Source: Spirochaetia bacterium (GTDB taxonomy: Bacteria; Spirochaetota; Spirochaetia; SZUA-6; Bin103). From it: a stretch of DNA of 64,000 nt. The notes beneath the pieces are model-generated. The model was not told where the DNA came from and did no database searches. It was given only the letters and a program-made list of their open reading frames with translations. The DNA is taken from contig OZ241907.1 in the NCBI GenBank assembly GCA_965203515.1, positions 768,001-832,000 of the forward strand, given 5' to 3'. Positions 31,975-42,200 of this stretch are shown one piece after another. The translations under genes and the position numbers were made by a program. How positions within the stretch are numbered: the stretch's first letter is position 1; each line of letters begins with the position of its first letter.

Positions 31975-32321
31975 TGGGCCGGCTCACGACGCACGTGCTG
32001 GACACCGCTCAGGGCAAGCCCGGAGCCGGCATCCGGGTGGAGCTCTTCGAGGTGAGCGACGGCCGCAGACCGGTCGCGTCGGCACGCACCAATCAGGACG
32101 GGCGCTGCGACGCGCCGCTGCTTGCAGGGGACGCCTTCCGTGCCGGCCGGTGGGAGCTGGTGTTCCACGTGGGCGAGTACTTCGCCGCGGCCGACCTGCC
32201 GACCGCCGATCCGCCGTTCCTGGATCAGGTCTCGATCCGTTTCGGCATGGCCGCCGATGCCGATTACCACGTGCCCCTGCTGGTCGCGCCCTGGGGCTAC
32301 ACCACCTACCGCGGCAGTTGA
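31971..32321 (+). CDS. uraH: 5-hydroxyisourate hydrolase
   Basis: LTTHVLDT, TNQDGR, YHVPLL, C-terminal YRGS. Confidence 0.95.
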   Translation: MMGRLTTHVLDTAQGKPGAGIRVELFEVSDGRRPVASARTNQDGRCDAPLLAGDAFRAGRWELVFHVGEYFAAADLPTADPPFLDQVSIRFGMAADADYHVPLLVAPWGYTTYRGS

Positions 32322-32641
32322 CCGCGGCGGAACAAACCGCTGAGGAAGGAGACGCCGCCGGCGGCGATCAGGAGTACCCCGCCCACGCCGACCAGACCCT
32401 GCAGCACGGCGCCGAACAGCAGCATGATGCCGCCGCCCGCGACGCCGAACCATCCCGTGCGGCGCAGATGCGGTCGGGCAAGGACGGTCCACAATCCCCA
32501 CCCCACGGCCACGGCGGCCAGAATGGTGCGCGATACCGGATTCAACAAGATGCCGTTGGCCAACAGAACGGCCAAGCCGCTGCCGGCCAGAAACAGGGCG
32601 CTGGGGATCGCGGGCACCAGTTGTCGCTGCTCATCATCCAT
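32306..32641 (-). CDS. Small membrane protein, hypothetical
   Basis: About four hydrophobic segments; TACCTT 6 nt upstream of ATG. Confidence 0.6.
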   Translation of the reverse strand: MDDEQRQLVPAIPSALFLAGSGLAVLLANGILLNPVSRTILAAVAVGWGLWTVLARPHLRRTGWFGVAGGGIMLLFGAVLQGLVGVGGVLLIAAGGVSFLSGLFRRGQLPR

Positions 32642-33968
32642 GGGCCAAAGGTACTGCGCCGGCTTCGGCCGCGGCTACTGCCCGCGCAGTGATCTCAGCT
32701 CCGCGCCGGTCCCGCTTTTGCGCATATCTCCGTGATCCCGTAGCATCGCGACCCTGATGGCCGACCGCGACCTTGCGCGGCGCATCCGGTTGGGCGAAGA
32801 CGCGGCTGGAGTTCAAGAGCGTCAGTGTCATCAGTGGCAGAGTCCGTGCCCCGGAGCGGCGCGCGCTGGCTGATGAACTGGCGGCGTTTGCCAACAGCCG
32901 CGGCGGCACGCTGATCGTCGGCGTGGACGACAAGACGCGGCGCATCCGGGGCATCCCGTTGGACGACCTGGACGTAGTGGAGAGCTGGGTGCGCGAAATC
33001 TGCAACGACCTGGTGCAACCGGCGCTCGATGCCGACATCCGCAAGCAGGAGTTGGAGCCCGCGGAGGGCGGGACCGGCGCGGTGCTGCGCGTCGACGTCG
33101 AACGCAGCTTGTTCGTGCACAAGAGCCCGGGCGGCTACTTCCGCCGGATCGGCAGCTCCAAGCGAGAACTGGCCCCGGAGGTGCTCGCACGGTTGTTCCA
33201 GCAGCGCAGCCAGAGTCGAGTGATCCGGTTCGATGAATCGATCGTGCCGGCCACCGCCCCGGCCGATCTGCACTACTCGCTGGCGCAGCGGTTCGTGCGC
33301 GGCGACGTCGACGACTCTCCGGATGACCCTGACGACCGGTTGCGCAAGCTCCGCATCGTCGCCGATGACCCGGACGGACGCGCGCGGCTGACCCTCGCCG
33401 GTGTGCTGCTCTGCACCACGGACCCGCAGCGGTGGCTGCCCCACGCGTACATTCAGGCGGTCAGCTATGCCGGCGAGCGGACCGCCGCCGACTACCAGAC
33501 CGACGCCCGCGACCTCGGCGGGCCGCTGGACGAGCAGATCGCCGAAGCGCTGCACTTCGTACGGCGCAACATGCTGGTCCGTGCAACCAAGGAGACTGCC
33601 CGTTCGGAGCGTCCCCAGTTCAGCGAACGCGCCGTATTCGAGGCGATCGTGAACGCCGTAGCTCACCGCGACTACTCGGTCGCGGGCGCCCGGGTGCGCC
33701 TTCACCTGTTCGGCGACCGCCTGGAGCTGTACGTCCCCGGCGGGCTGGTCAACAGCCTCACGCCGGACAGCCTGCACTTGCGGCAAGCGAACCGGAACGA
33801 GTTGATCGTGTCGCTGCTGGCCCGCTGCGCGGCGCCGTCCGGCGTGGGCCGCACGCGGCTGATGGACACGCGCGGCGACGGGGTGCCGATCATTCGTAAG
33901 CGTCCGGTGAACCCCACCTTACAAGGGGATATATAGAGGTACATCGTCCCTGGCAGGAGGGACGAACG

Positions 33969-34283
33969 ATGAGACAGGGACGAGAGTATTGGAGCCGGCA
34001 CGTGGCAGCGTGGCGACGCAGTGGGCTCACGAAGAAGGCGTATTGCGAGCAGCATGGTCTGTCCTACTGGTCGCTGCGCAACTGGGACGGCAAGCTGCCG
34101 GAGACGGCCGACCGGCGTCAGCCGCTGGTCGAGTTGGCGCGGGCGGCCGGCGGGGCCAAGGACGCCGAGCAGCACGCGACGATGGAGTTGCTGGTCGGCG
34201 AGCGGTACGTGCTGCGGCTGTGGCCGTCGGTCCGCGCTGAGCATCTGCGCGAGGTGCTGGCGGCGCTGGAGGCGCTGAAGTGA
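33969..34283 (+). CDS. tnpA: IS66 accessory protein TnpA (HTH)
   Basis: W-x2-HV-x2-WRRSGLT-x3-YC-x3-GLS motif. Confidence 0.88.
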   Translation: MRQGREYWSRHVAAWRRSGLTKKAYCEQHGLSYWSLRNWDGKLPETADRRQPLVELARAAGGAKDAEQHATMELLVGERYVLRLWPSVRAEHLREVLAALEALK

Positions 34284-34633
34284 TCCGGCTGGAGTTGGAG
34301 GCGGCGCGCATCTACGTGCGGCCTGGTGCGACCGACCTGCGCAAGCAGATCAACGGGCTGGTGCTGCTGGTGCAGGAGCAGATGCGGTTGAGTCCGTTCG
34401 AGGCGTCGTTGTTCGTGTTCTGCAACGGGCAGCGGCGACTGCTGAAGGCGGTGTACTGGGATCGGACGGGGTTCTGTCTGTGGATGAAGCGGTTGGAGCA
34501 GGGCAGCTTTCCGTGGCCGCGAACGGCGGCCGAGGCGCGGCGAGAGATCGACGCCGAGCAGCTGCGGATGCTGTTGGCAGGGATCGATTTCTGGAACCGA
34601 CACGAGGAGTTGAGCTACGCCGAAATCGCCTGA
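34280..34633 (+). CDS. tnpB: IS66 accessory protein TnpB
   Basis: TDLRKQINGL, FVFCN, YWDRTGFCLWMKRLEQGSFPWP. Confidence 0.93.
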   Translation: MIRLELEAARIYVRPGATDLRKQINGLVLLVQEQMRLSPFEASLFVFCNGQRRLLKAVYWDRTGFCLWMKRLEQGSFPWPRTAAEARREIDAEQLRMLLAGIDFWNRHEELSYAEIA

Positions 34634-34649
34634 CGGGCTTGGTTCGATC

Positions 34650-34678
34650 TTGACTGGCGGCGGTATTTGAGGTAAGGT
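34650..34678 (+). promoter_or_regulatory. Internal sigma70-type promoter for tnpC
   Basis: TTGACT-N17-TAAGGT ending 6 nt before ATG 34685. Confidence 0.6.
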
Positions 34679-34684
34679 AGAGAC

Positions 34685-36376
34685 ATGTCTGCCGCACCGT
34701 CGGTGGTCGAACAACGCGACAGGTTGCGCGTGGAGAATCGGCTGCTGGTCCTGGAAAAAGACGAGTTGATCGTGCGCAACGATCAACTCGTCGCCAGGAA
34801 TAGTTCACTCGTCACCAGGAATAGTGCGCTGGATCATCAGGTCCATGCGCTGGATCATCAGGTCCAGGAGTTGGACAAGAAGATTGAGCTCTATGAAGAG
34901 GAGCTCGCCTGGTACCGAAACCGGCGGTACGGGCGCAGCAGCGAACAGCTGAGCGCTGCCGAGCAGCAGCAGATCCGGCTGTTCAACGAGATCGAACGGA
35001 GCGCCGACCACGCCTTGCCGGTCGACCCACTGCCTGCCGAACCGGCGGCCGCCCCGGTGCCGAGCCGCGCCCGGCGCCCGCGCCGCCAACCGCTGCCGCC
35101 GTCGCTGCCGCGGGTCGAGCGGGTCGTCGACCTTCCCGAAGCAGACCAGCAGTGCGCCTGCGGCCACCGCATGGTCCGCATCGGCGAGGAGACCGCCGAG
35201 AAGCTCGACGTGATCCCGCCGCAGGTGCGGGTGCTCCGCACGGTGCGGCCGAAGTACGCCTGCCATCACTGCGAGGGCTCCGGCGACGAGCAGCGTGCGG
35301 CGGTGCGGGTGGCGCCGGCGCCGGCGGCGCTGATCCGCAAAGGAGTCGCCAGCGAAGGGCTGCTGGCGTTCATCGCCACGGCGAAGTTCTGCGACGCGCT
35401 GCCGCTGTACCGGCAGGAGCAGCAGTTCGCGCGGCTGGGAGTGGCGGTGTCGCGGCGCACGATGGCCGACTGGATGCTGGCGGTCGCCGGCGCCTGTCGG
35501 CCGCTGCTGGCAGCGCTGGGCGACCAACTGCGCGGCGGACCGATCCTGCAAATCGACGAAACGACCGTGCAGGTGCTCAACGAGCCGGGACGCGCCAACG
35601 CGACGCGCAGCTACGTATGGGTGGCCCGCGGCGGGCCGCCGGCGGCGCCGGTGGTGATCTACCGGTATGAGCCGAGTCGGGCCGCACGGGTGGCGGCCGA
35701 CATCATCGGCGACTACCAGGGCTACGTGCAGACCGATGGGTATGAGGGCTACCTGCGGCCGTGCAGCCAGCCGGGCATCCGGCACGTGGGCTGTTGGGCG
35801 CACGTGCGGCGCGCCTTCAAGGAGGCCGCCGAGGCGTTGAGCAAGGTATCGAGCCGTAGCGGTGCGGCGCTGCAGGCGCTGGGGTACATCGCCAAGCTGT
35901 ACCGCATCGAGACGCAGCTAGCGAGGTACCGGACCGAGGACCCCGAACGGTTCGTGGCCGAGCGGCGCGCGCGGGTGGAGCCGGTGCTCGTGCAGATGCA
36001 CGAGTGGCTGCGGCACAAGCGGGAGCAGGTGCTGCCGAGTTCGGCGCTCGGCAAGGCGGTGGGGTTCGCGTTGGGACAGTGGCCGAAGCTGATCGGCTAT
36101 GTGGAGCACGCGCAGTTGACGCCGGACAACAACGCCTGCGAGCAGGCGATCCGGCCGTTCGTGGTGGGCCGCAAGAACTGGCTGTTTGCCGGCAGCCCGC
36201 GCGGCGCTGCGGCGAGCGCGACGCTGTACAGCCTGATCGAGACGGCGAAGGCCAACCGGCGAGAGCCGTACTGGTATCTGCGCGAGTTGTTCGAGCAGCT
36301 GCCGCACGCGCGTACCCGTGCCGATTTCTTGGCGCTCCTGCCGACCGCGCGTCCACCGCCGCCGCCCGCTACGTAG
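34685..36376 (+). CDS. tnpC: IS66 DDE transposase TnpC
   Basis: Leucine zipper, Zn finger (CACG...CHHC), LPLYRQ, IDET, QTDGY, CWAHVRR, DNNACEQAIRP, GRKNWLF. Confidence 0.96.
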   Translation: MSAAPSVVEQRDRLRVENRLLVLEKDELIVRNDQLVARNSSLVTRNSALDHQVHALDHQVQELDKKIELYEEELAWYRNRRYGRSSEQLSAAEQQQIRLFNEIERSADHALPVDPLPAEPAAAPVPSRARRPRRQPLPPSLPRVERVVDLPEADQQCACGHRMVRIGEETAEKLDVIPPQVRVLRTVRPKYACHHCEGSGDEQRAAVRVAPAPAALIRKGVASEGLLAFIATAKFCDALPLYRQEQQFARLGVAVSRRTMADWMLAVAGACRPLLAALGDQLRGGPILQIDETTVQVLNEPGRANATRSYVWVARGGPPAAPVVIYRYEPSRAARVAADIIGDYQGYVQTDGYEGYLRPCSQPGIRHVGCWAHVRRAFKEAAEALSKVSSRSGAALQALGYIAKLYRIETQLARYRTEDPERFVAERRARVEPVLVQMHEWLRHKREQVLPSSALGKAVGFALGQWPKLIGYVEHAQLTPDNNACEQAIRPFVVGRKNWLFAGSPRGAAASATLYSLIETAKANRREPYWYLRELFEQLPHARTRADFLALLPTARPPPPPAT

Positions 36377-36509
36377 AGGGTGGGATTCCCCGGACGCTTA
36401 CGATCATTCGCCGGGAATGCCGCGATCTGTCCGGGCGGCTGCCGGAGTATCGGCTGATCGACGACAGCGAGTTGCTTCTGGTGATCCGGGCGGCTGGCAG
36501 CGCCGGGCC

Positions 36510-37198
36510 ATGATCGACCGCAAGCGCATGGTGTGCCTTGCGAACGCGCGCACGCTGGCCGGCCGCTGCATTGCCGGCCGCGAACTGGCGGGCCGGCAGG
36601 TCGGTAACTGGATCCGCCCGGTGAGCGCCCGGCCCGGTCAGGAAGTGTCCGAATACGAGCGCCAGTACGAGGACGGCGGCGACCCCCGGGTGCTGGACAT
36701 CATCAGCATTCCGGTGCTGGAGCCGCGGCCGGATCGGTGGCAGACCGAGAACTGGTTGCTCGACCCCGACCGCTACTGGCGGAAGGAGGGAACGTGGTCG
36801 TGGTTCGATCTGCCGGCCCTGCGGGATCCGGTGGCGCCGCTCTGGATCGACGGTTGCCACACCTACCAGGGGCGCAACGACAGAATTCCGGAAGAGTCGA
36901 CGCGTTCGCTGTCCGGTTCGTTGCGCCTGGTCACGCCGAACGACTGCAACTCGCCGTGTTCCGTCCCGGCGAGGCGTTCGGCAACCGCAAACGCCGCGTG
37001 CAGGGGCGGTTCTCCCACGCCGGCGTCGACTATGCGCTGTGGGTTACCGATCCGGTGTACGAGCGCGAATACCTCGCCAAGCTGGACGGCGGCTATGATC
37101 TCGGGGAGTGCTACCTGACCATCAGCCTCGGTGAGCTGTACCAGCAGTTCCGCTACAAGTTGATCGCCGCCATCATCGAATGCGATCTCCGATCATGA
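36510..37198 (+). pseudogene. Dual OB-fold-containing domain protein, 1-nt frameshift near 36932
   Basis: MIDRKRMVCLANA...RCIAG...WIRPVS...QTENW in one frame; continues HAERLQL...Y-x-L-x-VTDP...LTISLGE...YKLIAAII in another. Confidence 0.75.
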
Positions 37199-37803
37199 CC
37201 GCGCCCCGAGTATTCACCATCGGCCACTCCAACCACTCGTTGGAAGCGTTTCTGGAGTTGTTGGCGAACCACGGCGTCACGGCCGTGGCCGACGTGCGTT
37301 CGGCGCCGTTCAGCCGCTTCTGCCCGCAGTTCAATCGGGACGCGCTATCCGCAGCGCTCAAGGACCGCGGCATTCGCTATACCTGCCTCGGCCGCGAGCT
37401 CGGCGGGCGCTCGGCCGATCCCGCCTGTTACCGGGACGGGCAGATTCGGTATGAGCTGGTCGCCCGAACCGGCTCGTTTCAGGACGGCCTGGCGCGGATC
37501 GTGGACGGCGCCGCGCGCCATCGCATCGCGCTCATGTGCGCGGAGAAGGAGCCGCTGGCCTGTCACCGCACGCTGCTGGTCGCCCCGGCGCTGGCGGCGT
37601 CGGGCATCGCGGTCGCGCACGTCCTTGCCGATGGCAGGCTCGAACCGCATGAGAAGACGCTGGACCGACTCCTGGAGCAGTTCGATCTGAGCCCCACCGG
37701 CGATCTGTTTCAACCGCGCGAGGAGTTGCTCGCGGACGCGCTGGCGCGGCAGGCCCGGCGCGTCGCCTTCGTCTCCAAGGACGTAGGCCGGACCGGCTCT
37801 TGA
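37195..37803 (+). CDS. DUF488 family protein
   Basis: FTIGHSN, DVRSAPFSR, ELGGR, LMCAEKEPLACHR; ATGA overlap with previous gene. Confidence 0.92.
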   Translation: MTAPRVFTIGHSNHSLEAFLELLANHGVTAVADVRSAPFSRFCPQFNRDALSAALKDRGIRYTCLGRELGGRSADPACYRDGQIRYELVARTGSFQDGLARIVDGAARHRIALMCAEKEPLACHRTLLVAPALAASGIAVAHVLADGRLEPHEKTLDRLLEQFDLSPTGDLFQPREELLADALARQARRVAFVSKDVGRTGS

Positions 37804-38010
37804 TGGCGGCAAGCGTGCCCGATCATCTCCCGGAGTTCCCGTTCCTCCTTGGGATCAAGCGGCCGGCCGAGCCGGGGCGCCTCCTCGATGCTTTCGATGA
37901 TATTTCGTTCCTCGTCGTCAAGATAGGTAAGCGGTGAATCAGTCATTTTCTCCCCGTTCCCGATAGTGCTTTTGCGTGACGGATATCGTTTCAACGTCAG
38001 CCGGTCGTCG
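37800..38010 (-). pseudogene. Possible remnant of a toxin-antitoxin pair (toxin C-terminus + antitoxin N-terminus)
   Basis: LTLKRYPSRK resembles LKTxxPSRK toxin ends, followed by MTDSPLTYLDDEERNIIESIE at 37946; degraded. Confidence 0.35.
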
Positions 38011-38127
38011 CACCACGTTCGGGCGTACGCTTTGCCGCGGTCCCGCGTCGCCATACGCCGGGAACCATGCCACGTCCACGCGCTCACGTCAAGAATGCGT
38101 TCCTGAGTCGGGCATCGTCCACTCCGC

Positions 38128-39234
38128 TCAGCCATAGCATAGGCGCAAAGCCTCATCGGGTTCAAGAGGCTCCATGTGCGCGAGATTGTTGCGGACATGC
38201 CGCAGAAATTGCACCTGATTTTTCAACCCCTGTGGCGCATCTGTATGATCGAGATGCCGTGCCAACGGGCCCACTTCCAGATCGAGAAGGTCGTGAACCT
38301 GCTGTCCGGCGCGATTATCTATGGGTGGCTTCAAATACCGGCAACAACGAGGTACGAGCCCCATGCGCCGTTCCTCGACGAGCGGCAACAGAACCGCCGC
38401 TTGACCGGCCCAGATCCTCCGAAACACCGGACGTAACTCGCCGGAGACGGTCAGAAGCGCCGAGTGCACGATCGGCCGATCATCGGGACCATCCACCGTC
38501 CCATCCTCCCAGCGCCTGGACGTATCCGAGTTCCACCCACGGCATCGTGCATAATCCCGGAGTGTATCGTCAGGGCTCAACGCCTCGTCAAAAGATGCGG
38601 ACAGAAGCTGCTCGGCAAGCAGACAATCCCACTGCGCTACTTGCGATACGGTATGTGCTACCAGTGCCCGATGTTCAAGACGTTCGATACTGTCGGGAAG
38701 CTTGCATAACGCAAACATGAAAAGCTCCGTCGTATCTACAACATTGCGAAAGTCCCGGCGTACGAGGGCAACCTCTTCGGGGGTATGTTCCGCCACCACC
38801 TCGCCAGAAAGAACAACAATGAACAGGGTTCGGTCTATCAGGTCTACGCTACGGCATGCATCTGCGTACGCCGCTAGAGCGGCCGCCCACTGCGCCCAGT
38901 CAGAACGGTCGATATTCTCTATCCAAAGAAGCCGCCCTTGAAACGAAGCAGTGTCCGCCATCTCCGCCATCCCTCGTGCTCTGAGTGCGGTGACATCCGG
39001 GCAAAGACGTTCGCGTAGTAAAGCGACGGGGTCAGACGCTCCACACGACGCATCAATTGAGGTCCATGTGCCGCAAACCGACTGCAAACGTCCTCTCAGT
39101 TCCCTCGCCAAGCCGGCCGGCACCGAGCATGGAAATCGAACGATTACGTTCGATCCGTCCCGGATCGCATTTTCGATGTCGTCAACAAACGACGCGGGCC
39201 GAGGTAAACTCCAGATGTCCACGGCCTCGGTCAC
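38128..39234 (-). CDS. Hypothetical protein, probable inactive P-loop/STAND-like partner
   Basis: GTG directly abuts the stop of the upstream giant gene; strand/helix order resembles an NTPase lacking GKT; C-terminal RNNLAH (Rx4H). Confidence 0.6.
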   Translation of the reverse strand: MTEAVDIWSLPRPASFVDDIENAIRDGSNVIVRFPCSVPAGLARELRGRLQSVCGTWTSIDASCGASDPVALLRERLCPDVTALRARGMAEMADTASFQGRLLWIENIDRSDWAQWAAALAAYADACRSVDLIDRTLFIVVLSGEVVAEHTPEEVALVRRDFRNVVDTTELFMFALCKLPDSIERLEHRALVAHTVSQVAQWDCLLAEQLLSASFDEALSPDDTLRDYARCRGWNSDTSRRWEDGTVDGPDDRPIVHSALLTVSGELRPVFRRIWAGQAAVLLPLVEERRMGLVPRCCRYLKPPIDNRAGQQVHDLLDLEVGPLARHLDHTDAPQGLKNQVQFLRHVRNNLAHMEPLEPDEALRLCYG

Positions 39235-42200
39235 TCACTTGGACGCCGTGAGGAGCCGACCAACCACACCGTCAATCTCCCATGTAGTACCGTTCCGGCG
39301 GACAACGTGCAGTAGTTCAGCCCACCTCAATATACTCATCAGAGTATCTTTGTCTACATCACGATCTTCGGCGAACGTCCGCAGGTCGGCAAAATCTGCA
39401 GCTTTCAAGTGCGCAAGATCGCACAGAACGTCCCTTCGTGATCCTAGACAATCCAGGCAGAATTGCTTCTCGAGATGCTGAAAACTCGTCGAGTCTCTAA
39501 GTTCAGTGTCGAGACGTTCAAGGCCTTCGTCAAAGTTTCCGGCCTCTTTCACCAAATAGTATAGCTGTTGGAGCAATGCCCACCAGCCCCCCGTATGCTG
39601 GACGATCTTCGGACATTTCTCGGCAGCATCCGGAAACCCTAAATCATCTATCCACTGAAGAAGAAAACTCTCCCTCCACGGGCGCAGTGGAACCCATTCA
39701 AGCCTTTTGAGATTGAGATCGTCGAGCGCCTCGCGTGCGATATGAAGTTTTAGCAGGCGTGCAGCGTCTGCCATGAATAGAACTCGTACGCTCTTGTCTC
39801 TGCGGCCTCGGAGATCGAGTCCGCGAACACGTTCTAACGCCGTCTCGACCCATCTCTTGCTCCAGGGAATCGTGGCAGAAATCACGTAAATGGTCGTACC
39901 TTCGGGTCTTCGATCAAAGTGACGGACGAGCACTTCTTCAAACTCATCGTGATTCGTTGAATGTTCGAGCTGTATGATAGGATCGGTCTTCTTGCGGTTC
40001 AGAAAGCGCAGTACGTCGTCGTAACCCGATGCCGGCAGGCCACAGACTATCGAGACACCGTTCTTCATGACGCGGAGCGATCCTTCCTGCTGATAGGTTA
40101 GGGGATTACGAGACGGAGAATCCGTGCCCTTCGGGTCATGAGCTCTAAACGTCCTGGAGTCAACTTCCTGCGGCACTTCACGAGGCCTGAAAAGATTCTC
40201 CTCAATTTCCTCCGCCGTACCCATCAGCATCAAGACGTTTGGGTTGCGCAGCGTATATCGGTGCTCGCCGACCTTACGCAGTACACCGAGCCCTTCCATT
40301 TCGTCGAGAAGCGACCGGAAACGGTCAGTCCGAGGCTCGACGTCTTCAAAGCCCTTAGGCCACCATACTCTGCTATCCTCATCTATCTTTCGATAATCGA
40401 GGCCCTCGAAAAGAACGGCATCGTGTTGGTTGCACTCCCAGGCGACGGTGTAGGCGATCACCTCGTACCGGGGATCAAGCTGCAATGTCAAGCGAAATCT
40501 CTGACGAAAATCCTCGCGCAGATTTGTGTTTATCGAATAAGTGGCATCGATGAGTTCCTCTGGAATGTCATATGGCGGAATCTCGCTGACGCGCTTGGCC
40601 ATGGACTTGACAAGTGCTGAGCCGTAAATTTGAATGAGGTGCGGATAGTAATTGGTGCGAGCAAGAATTCGGGTTATGAGGTTGTTCTCAAGCGTGTAGC
40701 CGGCGGCCGCAAGCGGCTCGCGGATCAGCGCGTGAGCGTCGCGCCACAGTGGGCCGATTTGAACGGGCGTGCCGAAGTGGCCGAGCGGATGATTCGAGGA
40801 CTCGGCAGTCCGCAGTACGTTGTGAAGACCTGCGAAGACAACCTTGATGGAACGGTCGGTACCGTCCATGAGTCCTTTGAGACGTGTAGATACGCGATAC
40901 TCACTACCTGGGCCTCCTCGTACCTGCCGGGTGCCGTCAACTTCCAGAAATTTGTCGGCTTCGTCCAATAGCAACAGAAGCCTTCGTCCCGATTCCTTGT
41001 TGAAATGATCGACGAGAAATTTGTGGAAAGCATCGATACGGCCTTTGATGTTGGGAATATTGGGATTTGGGACCTTGACGTCGGCCGGTATCTCAAGCTC
41101 CTTTGATAGGGCACGCCAGATGGCGGACCAGATGCCGTCTACTCCTTGGTCATAGCCCTGATCATAGCCGACGCCCTCGCGTTTCAGATCGATCCATACG
41201 GCATAGAAGCCGTCGGCGGGTCGATGGTACCTGTTTTCGACGGCGCGGAGAAGTGCTGTCTTGCCTAGCTGCCGGCCGCCATAAATGAAGCAGGACTCAT
41301 TCCGATCCTCGATTTCTTGCATCTCGGGCTCACGGCCATAGAACATTTCGGGGGGTACCAATCCGGCGGTGGTGACGTAGGGCTGAACATAGGTAAAAGG
41401 CAGCGAACAGGCAAACAGAATAGGGACTCGGGAGCCGGTCTCCCCACACAAGTACAAAAGCAACAAATCGTCGACTATGAGTAGGCTCCGACCGCGTTCC
41501 CGAGCGAGGCGTGCGAGCTCGGCTCGGCGCGATTTATTGAGCACGCCGAAATACAACACGATGGTCGCTCCCCGTCTGCCACTATTGCCTGCATGCTGAA
41601 GGATGTCTTCCTCGGTTGGGCTTTTCCATAGAAACAGGATCCTATATTTTCCGTTGGCGGACGATCCGAATTCAGGAATGGGGCAACGCTCCCGCCTGTC
41701 CAACGGCTCTGTTTCCAAGATAGATTCTCCGATATCGCGGTCGTCTCTTCGAGTGAGTTGTACGTGTCGTACGATAAAGCCAATCTCCGAGAAGAGAGTT
41801 TCGATTTCCTCTCCCGCGGAGTCGCGAAGGCGACCTGCGCGATTGAGGTCGTACCATGCTGTGAGCATGCGTTTGGCTGACTTTCGTCGCTCGTGCGGAA
41901 CTGCTGTAAGCGTCATGCCTCCAAGCTCGTCAGCGGTCGCAATCTGCTGAATGATTAGTCCGGGCGACTGAGACTCTATCGCCTCTCGAATCGCTTCAGA
42001 TCGTTTCGGATAGAAATCCGAAAATGGCTGTCGTCGGGAATTTCGCTCGCCCGCTGATGCGGCGTCAGTCGCATCACGCTGGTCGATGAGCTCATTGGCG
42101 GTAATGATGTCGCCGCGTCCGATCGCGTCCAATATCGTTGCGTATCGTGAACTGTCGGGCGGGATCTCAGAACGCTGGAGGCGGTTCTTTATCTTCTTTT

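Larger units (their letters stand above)
33896..36401 (+). mobile_element. IS66-family insertion sequence, 2506 bp
   Basis: Terminal inverted repeats GTAAGCGTCCGG(T/G)GAA(C/T)CCCACC; 8-bp target duplication GATCATTC at 33888-33895 and 36402-36409; tnpA-tnpB-tnpC. Confidence 0.97.
32757..36513 (+). pseudogene. AlbA_2 (Schlafen-like) + HATPase/RecG-C-like protein, frameshifted near 32800 and interrupted by IS66
   Basis: MADRDLARRIRLGED then shifted RLEFK...AFANSRGGTLIVGVDD...EAIVNAVAHRDY; removing IS and one TSD gives ...GDGVPIIRRECRDLSGRLPEY...GP stop at 36513. Confidence 0.85.

Noticed and set aside
34280..34633. TnpB as an RNA-guided nuclease
   Set aside because: This is the 117-aa IS66 accessory TnpB, unrelated to IS200/IS605 TnpB; no RuvC motifs.
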